Of a DNA stretch of 64,000 bases, positions 12,401 to 24,800 are shown one piece after another. The stretch lies in contig CM119377.1 in the NCBI GenBank assembly GCA_051294905.1, positions 4,650,001 through 4,714,000 on the forward strand, given 5' to 3'. The notes below the pieces were generated by a model. The model was not told the DNA's origin. It saw nothing but the letters and a program-made list of their open reading frames with translations, and ran no database searches. The stretch's first letter is position 1. Each line of letters opens with the position of its first letter. The position numbers and the translations under genes were made by a program. Origin of the DNA: Botryllus schlosseri (lineage: Eukaryota).

Positions 12401-12591
12401 GCGGCTCGATTAAGGTAAAGACTTTGATTTCAACTCCAGCCAACCAGCACTTTCAGTATTTCCGAAATAATGTAGCACCATAAACATGAACAAACAGATA
12501 ACAGATTTAATGCCGCAACATACAAAATCATTCCTTCGCATGATTCTTCTTTGATTTCGAGGATTTGATGAAAGTTTCTTGGAATTTTCAT
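492..12591 (-). CDS. C2H2 zinc-finger protein (9 fingers), multi-exon, 3'-incomplete (continues beyond position 1); start codon uncertain
   Basis: Phase-consistent GT-AG exons, in transcript order: 12524-12591, 12055-12284, 11209-11290, 6583-6694, 4282-4516, 3367-3488, 3072-3216, 1805-1877, 1613-1744, 822-954, 492-762 (at least 534 codons). Acidic/Ser-rich N-terminus (EIKEE), then fingers such as CTQCKAKFRCRSDLRSHLQRH, CTECGEAFLSKSAVDRHMRFHTG, CKICKACFHTEYDLKEHFRIHTGEKPF and CDKCNFTCNNAQSLKRHKVKHTGKMPF. The finger exons are secure; the first three exons are less so. Confidence 0.85.
2122..3063 (+). mobile_element. GACTCGAGTC-rich hAT MITE (copy B) with nested insertion
   Basis: CGGGGTTGTAAT...CACAACCCTG; perfect TSD CAATTTAC (2114-2121, 3064-3071). 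Confidence 0.85.
2353..2770 (+). mobile_element. TAGGCTTACC/GAGGAC-family hAT MITE nested in copy B
   Basis: 13-bp TIR TAGGCTTACCATA, subterminal GAGGAC repeats, perfect TSD GTACTGGT (2345-2352, 2771-2778). Confidence 0.88.
4608..5214 (+). mobile_element. GACTCGAGTC-rich hAT MITE (copy D)
   Basis: CAGGGTTGTAAT...GTTACAACCCTG; perfect TSD ATATCAGG (4600-4607, 5215-5222); internal ~40-bp tandem duplication near the left end. Confidence 0.88.
5223..5545 (+). repeat. Right half of an older GACTC-family element interrupted by copy D
   Basis: Colinear with 155-450 of copy A (aaaataggctcagaaactg...gacttgtgac). Confidence 0.65.
5751..6389. mobile_element. Foldback non-autonomous element with ~310-bp inverted arms, hATm-like termini
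   Basis: TAGGGGTGTTCAAAAA...TTTTTGAACACCCCTA. The arms are imperfectly complementary across nearly the whole length around a ~35-nt centre (about 6063-6095). Flanks CTGTAGAA / CCGTAGAT match 6/8 as a TSD. Confidence 0.8.
7130..10763 (+). mobile_element. Full-length hAT-superfamily DNA transposon (hATm-like), 3634 bp, in a zinc-finger gene intron
   Basis: 130-bp TIRs (7130-7259 and 10634-10763, about 6 mismatches) with TAGGG...CCCTA termini. Perfect 8-bp TSD ATGGATGT (7122-7129, 10764-10771). Encodes a DDE transposase. The hATm subgroup call comes from my recall of termini and motifs. Confidence 0.9.
7888..10229 (+). pseudogene. Disrupted DDE transposase (~780 aa) of the hATm-like element
   Basis: ORF-track pieces 8010-9038, 9054-9326 and 9360-10229 share one frame that is open from 7896, split only by in-frame TAA at 9036-9038 and 9324-9326. 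The ATG at 7888 needs one more A in the A8 run (7895-7902) to join that frame. Motifs HWDGK (D at 8853), FDTTSSNTG (D at 9060), CRHH (CxxH at 9147), ARWM, NDAAER (E at 10089). Confidence 0.88.
11367..11770. mobile_element. hAT Charlie/Buster-type MITE
   Basis: Degenerate CAGAGGTTCCCAACC-type TIRs; TSD CTCTAAAT / CTCTAAAC (7/8, central TA). Confidence 0.7.
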
Positions 12592-12779
12592 GATATCCGT
12601 TACCTTGGTTTGCAAATGAAGTCTTATTGCGGGAATGCAGGAGCATTAAATGGTGCACATTAGTATACTTGGAAGTGATTTCCTGCCGACATGTACAAAA
12701 TAGACTGATCCGATTATAAGTATACTATGATTTTTATCAACTGACCGTAGTATTCTGTATTTCCGCACACTACGTTGGT

Positions 12780-13114
12780 TAGGCTTACCATACGTCCTCT
12801 TTTAAGAGGATTTGTCCTCTTTTTTGACTTTTTTGAAAGTGTCCTCGGAGGACGCCCTTTCGTCCTCTTTTTTGAGATATTGTCCTCTTTTTTGAAAATT
12901 TAGGTTAGATTTAGAGCAAATTGCGAGTGATATGCCGAAAATTAGCACAGAAGTGAAGCTACGGCGGGTATTACGGAGAGAAAACACGGTGAATTTAGCT
13001 CTGAGCGAATTGATGACCTTTTTTTTTTTTTTTTTTGAGAATTTTTCTCCGGTTTTGCAAGTCTGGAATTTCTGAAGTGTCCTCTTTTTAGATTTCCAAA
13101 ATATGGTAAGCCTA
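12780..13114 (-). mobile_element. TAGGCTTACC/GAGGAC-family hAT MITE (inverted relative to 2353-2770)
   Basis: TIR TAGGCTTACCATA at both ends; TSD ACGTTGGT / GCGTTGGT (7/8). Confidence 0.85.
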
Positions 13115-13249
13115 GCGTTGGTATGCATGGCATCTGATAGAACAAACACTTTCAATTCTCATTAAAAGTTAATTATTACAAACTGTATATAATTAAATTG
13201 ACTACTCACCATAATTATCTTGCGTACGTAGTCCAGTTGTGCTCGGCAA

Positions 13250-13850
13250 ATCGAATGCAGATGCAGACAATAGATTCAGCAAAGAACCGGGCCCGTCGCA
13301 TCCCACGGTTGTAGCGATATCATAAACATAAACACGCGACTGGTTTGATGAGCTTGGTCAATGCGAAATATAGCCAGTAACCACCTGCAAGATTATTTGC
13401 AAGCGCACTTGTTTGTTTTTTACTACTATGCGTAATTTAAGAGGTCATTATTACGTCACGTTTCCCGTGCACACAACTTCTCTCTCAGAACTTTCTTTGT
13501 TTTTGTCAGCCTATTTTTTCTCTCATTGATTCAGATTGACGTAACATTTACGAAAGGGGAATCGCGTCGGCGGCGGCGTTCTGCTGTTCTGCGCGTTCTC
13601 TGTTAGATTTCAGTCAGATAAATGTGGCGCCGCAGATTTCGATCTACATCCACGCGTATTTCTATCCCGCAAATGGAAGTCCTTCGACGAATAAATATGA
13701 ACGCGGCACCTAGCGGGGACTGTTGCTTGTCGAGAGGGTGTGAACTACAAATGCACAGGCGTGAAAGTTGCACTTTTGAGAATCGTGCGTTGACATGGCA
13801 CGGTGATGTGACTAAGCGTGAGACTTAATTTTGTCAGCGGGAAGGGAAAT
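13250..13850. promoter_or_regulatory. Probable bidirectional promoter and first exons of the zinc-finger gene (-) and G-alpha gene (+)
   Basis: CpG-richer, TE-free stretch between head-to-head genes; a strong - strand donor ATG|GTGAGT at 13209; CRE-like TGACGT motifs near 13452 and 13537. The TSSs themselves are not visible. Confidence 0.45.
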
Positions 13851-15899
13851 GTACTACCTTAGCTGCCAGTGTGGTGGCATTTCCGGTCACATTGTTTCCA
13901 ATCTATTTCTCGTGAAGTTCAGTTACAGTTTTGTTTCTCTATATGACTGTATTAGACGAGCTTATTTAGGGCTAATTGTAGTGTATATTAATGTTTGTCA
14001 TACAGATACAGCGGTTTCTATCAAACAGTATTCACCTTTGTATGTTCTCTGTTGCATCATTCATACATAGTTCAAGCGTTAGAGAACGAGGGCTTAGCTG
14101 GACCGCATGAACTGAATACCGTAATTTCAAATGTCATGCACTTTTATTAGTTTGGAAAACTGCTTTTCAACATCGATATCACAGCCCCAAGCGAAAGAAG
14201 TTTTGTCTAATAACGAAGATTACATATAGAGTTGTTATTAAGATAACACTATATGTATTCATAATAGTATTGCGAGGTTCCGAATAATTCTCAGTTATTT
14301 TTTTGAGTATTTTGATTTAGATTGTCCTGGCCTGAATAATGCCGACAAAAAATTCTGGTCACATCACGAAGGCCTACTGTTGACGCTCTATATCCATCAC
14401 ACATGTTGCTTGCTATCAGTTGTTGGAATTTTTATAATAAAATTGTCTGATACCTTATTATCATGGTAATGTGTTATATATTTGTAAACACACATGCTGA
14501 TAACAAAAGTCCCCATTCCTTCCATGCATAAAAGTATTGAACGATTGTTTCGCATTTTTCTAATTCATATTTAACGGCTTTAAGGTAGCCATAAGTTATT
14601 GGAAGCCATGATAATTGATAGAATACTTATTGCATTCATGACCAGGTTAATATTTCATTTTCATTTCGAATATCAGTAAATGGTTCTTCGCTTAGCCTTA
14701 GTGGCAATCGATATGGTAACCTATGTTTTGCAGGACCGGAATCTTAGATTTAGGTGATTGTGTTTTAACGCCTTCCTCTCGTGCATTCTTGTGATACTCT
14801 GCATGTTCTCGTTTTCATGTCAACCACATCACATGCGTTTAATTGAAACATTTAGGTCCGATTCCATAATTTTATACACTTGATTATGTGTTTATGGTCT
14901 TCGCCAATTGCACGTATCATCTGATCCGCATTTTGAAATCAAGGAAAGAAAATTACCATGACACTATTCTAAACTACTCGAACTGTAGAGTCGCACTATA
15001 TAAATAATATTTTGCATATACTTTGAAAGTTTAAAGCATGAAACCTGATAATCACGTAGTACGTATGTTTAGAATAAATGATGCCTTGTATGCCCTATTT
15101 GGTTTGTAGGCATCATACCAGGCATTGACTGTTACCAGTGATATGATCATGATCTTTGTGTCAACCATAGCCATGTAGTAAATGGTTATTCAAACAAAAT
15201 AAAGTCATCAACTTTAACTAATGACTAACTTGGTTAAACTAATACAGAATATTATAGTAGGCCTAGGCCTACAAAGTGCAATAATACGACTCGCTGCAGT
15301 TAGCGTTTGTGGTAGACTATGAATATCACTAGCCTACACTATTGAAAATAGTTCAGAAGAGAGATCGGGAAATTCATCTGATATGAAGCTCTGAACTTAT
15401 ACAAAAAAATTGAAATTGTCATAATTGGAGAATCATTATTATGGTCAAATTTAACTGGTTATGGCCTTGATGATGAAAGCGTGATTCAATGATACTATCT
15501 CATAATTACAAGATTGATCTTATTTTCACTAGCCTACATACTGGTAGTCCTTTTTTCAGTTGAGGATAATTATGCTGTTTATAATTGTAGACAGAGGCAT
15601 GACCAATCAGCAGTAGTGGTCATTCAATAATACTACAGGCTATAGATCTCGTAATGCCTCGGCAATTCTTCAATCTGTGTGCTTGAATATCTCAAGAGCT
15701 ATTCAATAAATAGTTTGTATGAACAGTTCAACATGAGCCTGCTTATTCTTATTTGCAGAATTATCGTACCTGCTTTATGGAACAGTCGGCGAGTCTATAA
15801 ATTCATAATCAATTTTCATGTGACCTTGCATAATTCTTGGATCTGTATAGTCAACTTTCTGTTTGGATTGGCCGGTCCGGCCGCTGCTATCAATCAAGC

Positions 15900-18800
15900 A
15901 TGGTCGGCTGTGGACTCAATTGTTTTGTCACTGACCCATCGACGGCGATTAGTAATCAAATAGACAAAAAGTTGGCGAAGGAGAAAATGTACTACAAAAG
16001 ACTGGTGAGCATATAAACATTTATATTACTGTACCAAGGGCTCTTAGCCTCCCATATTTTACTATTTTATCTTTATACCAGTGTCTTGTTGATGTAATTT
16101 ATGAACTGGTTGGTTTGGTTCTCAGGGTCAACTGTCAATTTAGCACCATTTAGAAGACGTTTACACTATATTTCACTATCCAAACAAAATTTTCATATAC
16201 TTGTTGGTAGTTAATTTTCCATACGATTCCAGATGCATGCATCAGTTTCATTAATCCGTCTTCACAAAAATACTATAATTATTGACACAAGGTACACACT
16301 AACTGACTTAGAGTAAATACAAAACCAATTGAGAACTACTTGAAAAGCTATCCGAGCTCCAAATCTCTTGTTGCTGACCCTCGTTGACTTTATGTTATGA
16401 TCACATCGCATTTATGATGTATCTACTGGATCATGAATGCTAAAATTCCTCTTATGGAGCATTCAGTACACCTGTAAATACCATGTATGTCACGCAGGTA
16501 GATGCGTCTTATAGTTGTTGAGAATTGTGCTGACTTGATCTATGGTAAACTGTGACTAGTTGTCCGAGGCAATGTTTTGAGCTATGCGTTTATGTACTTT
16601 ATGCAGGCTTTTGTCTAATGCGCTATTCTAGAAAAAAAATTTGCAACCTCGTATGATTATTTTCACCTTGGTGATTATTTTTACCATCTTCAATATACTA
16701 TCGATAGGATGTGTTTATGTCGAAACAGTTTGCAAGATTCATAGTACCAGTTAAACTTTTGAATCGTAATGATGGTTATCAGTCTGTACCTTGGGTGTTC
16801 AATAATGGACTGTCCAACGACGCTATCTAATCGCAATGTTTTATCTGGTAATTGTTGGTCAAAATAGGTGTTTTATTGGCCCATTATACTTGAGTCCGGA
16901 CTGTGTTTTTTCAAATAGTTTCCTATCTGTTCATTGCGCCACAGCATTTTGATGTATCCACACGTAGAAAATTTCCCAGCTCAATTGCTTGACGATGCAA
17001 TTGAATTTCAGGTGAAATTGCTACTGCTTGGCGCAGGAGAAAGCGGAAAGAGTACTTTTCTGAAACAAATGAGAATAATCCGAGGCGAAGGCTTTGCGAA
17101 AAAAGATCTGCTGGAATTCCGGCCGATAATATACCAAAATATGATCAAAGGAATGAAGGTACATCGTTGGGTTTGAAGTAATTACCTTTCCGCTGAGTAA
17201 TTTCTCCAATTTCTTAGACACTCAGATTTCTCTGGCTAAAGTTTCTGAAACACATGAACCATGAATTGCGATCAGTTGATTAGGCCTATATTTTTGCTGG
17301 ACGGCCGAAGTAGTGGTGTGGTATTTAGGCTAATCGGCCGTGATTCAAAACTTGAAACCTCCAATAACGTTTTTGTGTTCAATTTGAGAGTGCCAGGATG
17401 GCATTGGTCGCGCTTTAGCTTGATGAATTTCCTGTTCGGTGTCATCATCACGCCTTTTGTATGCTTCGGTAGACTAGTTATTGACAAACTACGGTACGCA
17501 GACTGTTGAATTTGGTAAAATACTCTTTAGTCTTGGGCAACTAGATAGTTCTAGTTGTCAAATTAGATTAATACGAGGAAATGCTGGTAATCTAATTGCC
17601 GGTATTATCAAATTTTTGAAATGTTTCTATGCTATAATTTTAATTCTAATCTAATTTCTGTTCTTCCCGACAAGGACACAGGAGATCTGTATGGTGCAAA
17701 ACGAGTCCGGCTTGCTGTACTGTCTTGTAAGCCTGAGGATGAACCCTGACTTGATAAGAACTGAAGTTGATACAATTCTCAAGTTGTCGCGGACTCAGTA
17801 ATTTTAATCTTGTTTGGAAAAACTGTGTAGCTGTAATTCTATTTCTAGTGTAATATGGGAGAAAATGTGTGGCTAATTCTAATTCCAATCTAATTCGGAA
17901 AAGCTGAACATTTTCTAGTTGTCCAGCTGTGTACGGTCCTGGCACGTACTATACCAGGACCGGCCAACCTGTGGCCCGCGAGGTAATTTCCGAAATTAGT
18001 AATAGGCCTATTATCAAAAATGGATTACCCAGATTGTGAACTTGCAAGGCCAACCAAAAATTCGATTAGGCTAGTCTGGCCGCAACACTTGAGATGTGAT
18101 GACTAAAATTTCAGTTGCGACGCATTGGCAGATTCATGAGCCAGTCAAATTTTGGTAGATCTTAGTACACTGCAATAAAGCAGAAGAATTTGCGATAGAT
18201 TTACCAAAAGTAAAAATTTTCTACACGCTTGCGCAACATCATGTCACTCGATTTCTTGCTTTTAATATTGTTACCCCGTTGTGAAAATGAAAGAACGCCG
18301 AATGTATCAGATTGAGTCTAACTGTATTCTCGATGACGAGACAAAGGTTCGTTCAACATATGCGAACTTGCGTTTGCGCTCGCAGAAAGACCGTCCAAAA
18401 TGAAACCTGGGCACAAAATGATTGACGCATGTTGGTCGAAGCTTTCGATATCGATATGTCCAGGCATCGAATAGTCCAGTCCTTGCAAACTGAGCCCAGC
18501 GATATATAGCAGGCCCGCAATATATTCAAATGGCAACAGTATTGACCTATGAACTTCGAAAAATTTTCGCTTCGCGCGGCTAGTGGCCCGCGCAATTGTT
18601 CGTCAATCGAATGTGGCCCTTTGGCTGAAAAGGTTGGCCGCCCCTGTACTATATTTTTCATAGTTTGACTCTAGCTTATGTTTGCTCACCCGTTGCCATA
18701 TTTACCCATAATTTATACTGTGCATAGTAAAACGAATAATGGTAGCAAGTAAAAACTTTGACAATGAAAGAACTGCACCATTACTTCGCTGTCCAAGCAC

Positions 18801-21800
18801 CATTTCAATTTGGTTAATTAAAGACCATAAAACAATCTAGGTTTGTATCTGTGTGCATAATTAGGATATATTGACTGAACTTCGATGAAAACCCAGTTGA
18901 AAAGAAACGTCCTTATGGGCCATTGGCCCATGTTCAATGAGTAGGCCTAGTCTACCGCCAAATCACCGATATTCATTCATCTGCTTTTCATGCTTGAAAG
19001 GCTTTGTGGTTTTAACTGGTGTTTCACATTTTTCCCCCGTGATACGGAACATTCTAAAAACATAAGCAATAGTATTGGCAATATATAAACAAGCATTATT
19101 CGCCTCGATTTGGTATGGCGTAGTACATTTAGCTCTACAGTATATCAGTTTTTGGTTGCTGCACGTACGACTGTGTATTGCGTCTTTATGGAATGCACTT
19201 GTAATTTTCTGTAGGTTTTGGTGGACGCCAGAGACAAACTGGGTATCTTATGGGGCGAGCCGAATCGGCAGACTGAAGCGGATTTCGTAATGGCTTTTAA
19301 CCGATACACGGACGCCGACCCTGAGATTTTTCGTCAATGCGCGCCACACATTCGAGAACTGTGGACGGACAGCGGCATACGGCAAGCTTACGAGAGAAGA
19401 CGTGAATTTCAATTGGTAGGTTTCAACCTATTGCGTTAATGGCATATCTGTGACGGTGACGTTCTTATGCTTATTGTATCGTTTGATTGTCTGAAGTATT
19501 ATGTCATCGTTGTGCAATGTGCAGCCTATTGTGGTGTAGTACATACATATATTTCACTATCTTTTCTACATGATTTCAGGTGCAGATGTTTTTTCCGTGA
19601 ATTCGCTAAAACCTACCTGTTATTGTATGTATGTCAATCTGTTCTTTTTCTATTTTATTTTGTCAAATTATCGTAGCTAATTAGCTCTTTTGAAAATTGT
19701 TTATTTTAAATCAATTTTTAATGGTGTACGTAATTGCTATTGTATGTTGCTGAAAAATAATCGACTTACGTCAAGCCTTTATGAAAAATGAATAATATCG
19801 ACCCTGTCTTGTACTATAGGCACGAGACACCAATTTCTTTTCCATGACTGTTGTTTTGATAAATTTGTAGCAATCCAAATTCTCTTGTAATGTGTCAGTT
19901 GGGAACTGCATGCAATATTAGAGTTATTCATCACAAATCGTTGTTGTGTTTCCACAAGACAAGATTATAAGGTCTCGAATCAGAGCACAATGAGAATTCC
20001 TAGCTTTTCTCTAGATCTATCTTGCGTTATCGTGCTTAAAATTGTAACAGAAGAGATGGCCTGAATATATAATATGTGTGTGTTTGCCGTATGTGAAGGC
20101 GAATATATTCGCAGCGTGCTGATGTCGTAACCGATTTAAAATTGTGAATACTTCTTGCAGGGAGAATCGGTTTCATATTTTTACGAAAATCTCGAAAGAA
20201 TCAGTGAACTTGTGAGTAGCAATTATCCCACGTACTTTTGTGGCAATCAATTCTGTATCATGCGTTTCTTCCCGGCGCCGCACTTGTGGCTCTTCAGATT
20301 CAGAATTTTGAATGCACAACTCATTATATTCTCAATACGGTAGAAGATTATTCTACTATTGCCCTTGAGCAAAAAAAAGGATTTACCGAGTTCGTACGTT
20401 GAACTTTTACGAATTACAAAACTTCGATCACTTTAAGTTTATCTCGGATGAACAATTTGTCAAAAGAAATAGACGATATCATGTCGTAACGTCGGCAAGG
20501 TATCGTAGCTCATTTTGCTGAGGAGTTATTACTATAAATAGATGACTTAGTATCAAGTGTGGGCAATAGACTCTCGTGTCAATGACCAACATGTTATCGC
20601 CTGAGTAAATGATGTACACTTGCATACAACGCATTGTCTGTAATGAAACCGATGTGTCACCTCTTTAGAATATATGTTACTCATGATGTTTTCGAGTGGC
20701 GACGTTGGCATCTGCAGGATGGATTATTCTCTATTCTGTGTTTTGACAAACAATATACGTGTGACATCAGAAATGCAATATTTGTGATTTGTTTTTAAGG
20801 ATTACATACCCAGCGAAAAGGATATGTTGTTATCCAGGAAGGCCACAAAAGGGATTCAGGAATATGGATTTAAATTCAGAAACGTGCCTTTTCGGTTTTT
20901 CGATGTCGGCGGTCAACGCAGCCAAAGACAGGTTGATATATCCATCTTCTTGGTTATCTTTCGTTTTGGTATCTTGGTATCTTGTACTTGTGATTTTGTT
21001 ATTCAACTGGGGCTTGTGGGCACGCTGTTTACATCGGCTGTTTTCATGAATACTTTTGCACAATATATATCGGGAAATATATTGATATACATCAAAGTTT
21101 TTGATTATTTGTTGTTTTGGTATCTTGGTATTTTGTACTTGTAATTTTGGTATTCAGCTAGGGCTTGTGGGCACACTGTCTTAATCGATTGTTTTCATCA
21201 ATACTTTTACACAATATACATTGAAAAATATAGTGATATATATAAAACTTTTTGATTCTTTGTTGTTTTGGTACCTTGGCATTTTGTACTTCTAATTTTG
21301 GTATTCAACTAGGGCTTGTGGGCACACTGTCTTGATCGATTGTTTTCATCAATACTTTTACACAATATGTATTGAAAAATATATTGAAATATATATACCG
21401 TAAAACTTTTTGATTCTTTGTTGTTTTTGTATCTTGATATTTTTTAATAGTAATTTTGTTGTTCAACTTAGGCTTGTGTCAAAATCGATTATTTTATCAA
21501 TACTTTTACACAAGATTCAATTGTTTACTACTCTTTTTTTAGAAATGGTTCCAGTGTTTTGAAGATGTCACATCAATTTTATTTATGGCGTCTACCTCAG
21601 AATTCGACCAAGTATTAATGGAAGACCGCAGGACTAATCGTTTACGGGTTAGTGAGCTTGCTGCCTCTGAAATTTTGTAGTGTCTGTTCCTACAGAGTGC
21701 AGATTGCCTTTCCTATGCGAGGTGTCTCACTGTAAACGATTGCGTTAGCGATTATTCTTGAGTCGATGTTTTGTTTGGAGAGATCTAAAACACTTATCTA

Positions 21801-24800
21801 ATACTATTCGGAAGTTTAAATAAATTATGGTAATCTCCAAATTGATAGTAAAGTATCAAGTTGTCATTTTCCAGGCCTTGAATCATTGATGCCGGTACCT
21901 CCAACAGTTACCTTGACATACTTGACTTAAGATCTACTTATATTAAGATATGTTTTTAACTGGGGGCAATCTAATGTGAGACGCTAGAATTTAAATCTGA
22001 ATGGGCGAGGTTGTATTCTTACCAATGTGATTGAGATTTAACACTCAAGATATTCAAGTCCACAAAGGTATCAATAATTCGCTGATCTGTACTCTTATGT
22101 TACTGAGAATAGGCTGGCCTATATGTAATTTAAATTATGACATGTCATCCGTATTTATGTCACAATGCGAACATGAAATGTCAAATAACGGAGCCTTGCG
22201 ATTTCACGGAAGACATTTAGTGAAGATTGTTCACACTAGTCTTACACTGTGTGACATTTCACACTGATTCTGCTGTATATACTTTGGCTGCATAACCTAG
22301 ATTCATCTGTAACAGGTTAAGTGTTGACCGCAATGTGTGGCCTGCGATACCATTCTGAAATAGTGCAGATATGGTCTTTCTGTGACTTGACCACCAGCAT
22401 GACCTTGATGTATTTATATTAGTCACTATAGTAAAGCATGTTTTGTTCTGTAAAATCTATTTTATTTTGGAAACAAGTAGGCCTATCTGTTCATCAAAGA
22501 CAATGTATACTTTACTCATTTTAATCCGAAGATATCAATGAACATCTAACTTGAAATGGTTCTACTTTTTTTGGCAAAACTCCATACGCTTGCTGTATGC
22601 AAATGTCGTGATTATGTACAGATTCTTTGGATTACTTACCAATTATTAACAACTTCATTAAATATTCATGCTATTCAGTCAAATCTCTGCGGTGAATCCC
22701 ATGACTTGGTGTATAGCCTGCTGTAATTATGTGACGCAATTCATTGCGCAAGCTTATTCAGCTCCATACGAATGAAATCATATGCACCACCTGTCATAAC
22801 GACTGATCAATCAATTGACATCACGTCTTTCATGAGACGGCTTTGAGGCATGTTGAGGGTTTTCGTGAAAGCGAAGGTAAATTAGAAGACCTTTGGAATG
22901 TAGTTGGGACCCTGGTCAGGTCTGTGTGAAATTGTTGACAGTTTCGTAGCAGTGTCATCTGCTAGGAATGGAAATTGTCGAATGATAAAGTATGCTCTGG
23001 AATCGGCTTTATCCGAACTGTGTTGAATTGATCCATGGTTATCGGCCATAGTCAATCGTGTTTGGTTCCACATCATTATTTCAGTTCAGCAATTATCGAT
23101 GTAGAATGGAAATTGCTATGTGTGTTATTTTGTCAATTTTCTCGGATTCAATGCAAAGATGACCCCTGTAATGATTCTGTAACTGTATGGGCGTTAGTCA
23201 TCGTTTTAACATTGTCAAAATGCACTGCTTCGTTGGCGTGGACTGAAGCAACTTATCATCAAAATTACAAGCATAAAAGTAGTGGCAAATAACTCGAGAG
23301 AGAGAGAGAGAGAGAGTCTTTATTTTCATCGAACCAAAATACACAACAAACGGCAGTGATGGTGGTACAGAAAATATGCGTGCACAGTATTCGGTATTAG
23401 ATAGGAAATAGGAATCATGATTTTGTGCACAATACCCGTTTTATCCAGTTCCTATTTATGCCACACACACACGGAATCCTAATATAAAACCTTAAATGTT
23501 TACTTCCTGTGATATATGATATTTTAAAGCCTCCGTCCCATGTTATGTCTTCCTCGCAAACCTTCCTAAATCTTACCACTCTGAAAGGCTTTGTTTGCTA
23601 GCTGTTGACAGGTGTGCTGGTACCGTGAATGAACGGTATGGAACCCCTTTAAATATTTGCCACACTATGGTTTATGGTTTTTCAATTCGATTCAAAGCCT
23701 AAACGGACTGGCAAGCCGTTATGCAAGTTGATTTGCCGAAAATAACACGCAATTTATTATCATCACACAGTCGATATCCTTAACGTCATTGCATGCTGTC
23801 AGCTCATGAGTTACTGTTACTGCGGTATTTTGCGGTACTGAGTTACCGTAACTGTAGTAATTAGATGTTTTAATCTAAAATAATGAAGTTACTCATGTGT
23901 ATATGTATACAATACCTGCTACTGCCACTCAAATGACATCTTAGGTCAGTAATTTGCTTACAAGGCTCTATCACTGTGTTATGATGATAACTTGTATTCA
24001 GCAAATTTGTAGGCTACTTGTATTTCTACATTATAAATTGCATTCACTGGTGTTTATTGTAGATATGTTGCGATAATAAGTCGGTGTCACTGCTGCAATC
24101 AAGTCACAATATCATGAGATAATCTTTGATTTTCTGATAACAGTCGATGCTATTTATATGAATGTCTCTTTGATCAGCCCACAGACAAGGGTGTTTTTCT
24201 GGGAAACTACTGAGGCAGTTCATTGATTGGAAGGTGTTTCATAAGGTTGCCCGACATATAAACATACTATGCAGCAGAATGGAAAACCTCGTTTACGCAT
24301 GTGAATTTATAACCCAAAAACTTACCCTAACCCGAAACATAGCCCTGAAATTAACCCTCGTATACATCCTAACCCAAGACTAACCCTAATCTGTAAGTAA
24401 ACATAGCCCTGAAATTAATCCTTGTATGCATCCTAACCCAAGACTAACCCTAACCTGTAAGTAAACCCACATGCTCATGTGTCGCATGCCGAAGTGTCGC
24501 ATGCTATGATATCGCATGCTCATATGTCTACCGACCATTTCACAATTCATCTGCAGGATATTGTGGTAAACGGTAAAATCTGAGAACCATTTTGTCCAAA
24601 TATGTCCGCATTTTGATATCTCAAGAATCTTAATTTCAAGTATGGCCATTGTTCTTATAAACTTTGACGCTATTTCAGGGTATAGTCAAGTCGATAAGTG
24701 TTGGACTCAACGCCAATGGTCCCTCTAATTTCTCTCGAGTCTGCGCGGTCTCATCAACTCGCTGCGCGACATTCGCTGCGGCCAGCTTGAGTTTTTTTTA

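Noticed and set aside
13210-13400. Coding first exon (e.g. a zf-AD domain) for the zinc-finger gene
   Set aside because: No frame gives a convincing domain; it is more likely a 5'UTR exon ending at the donor at 13209.
24310-24470. Interstitial telomere or Cas/telomerase-related repeat
   Set aside because: The TAACCC motifs are scattered within a 64-bp duplicated unit, not a tandem telomeric array.
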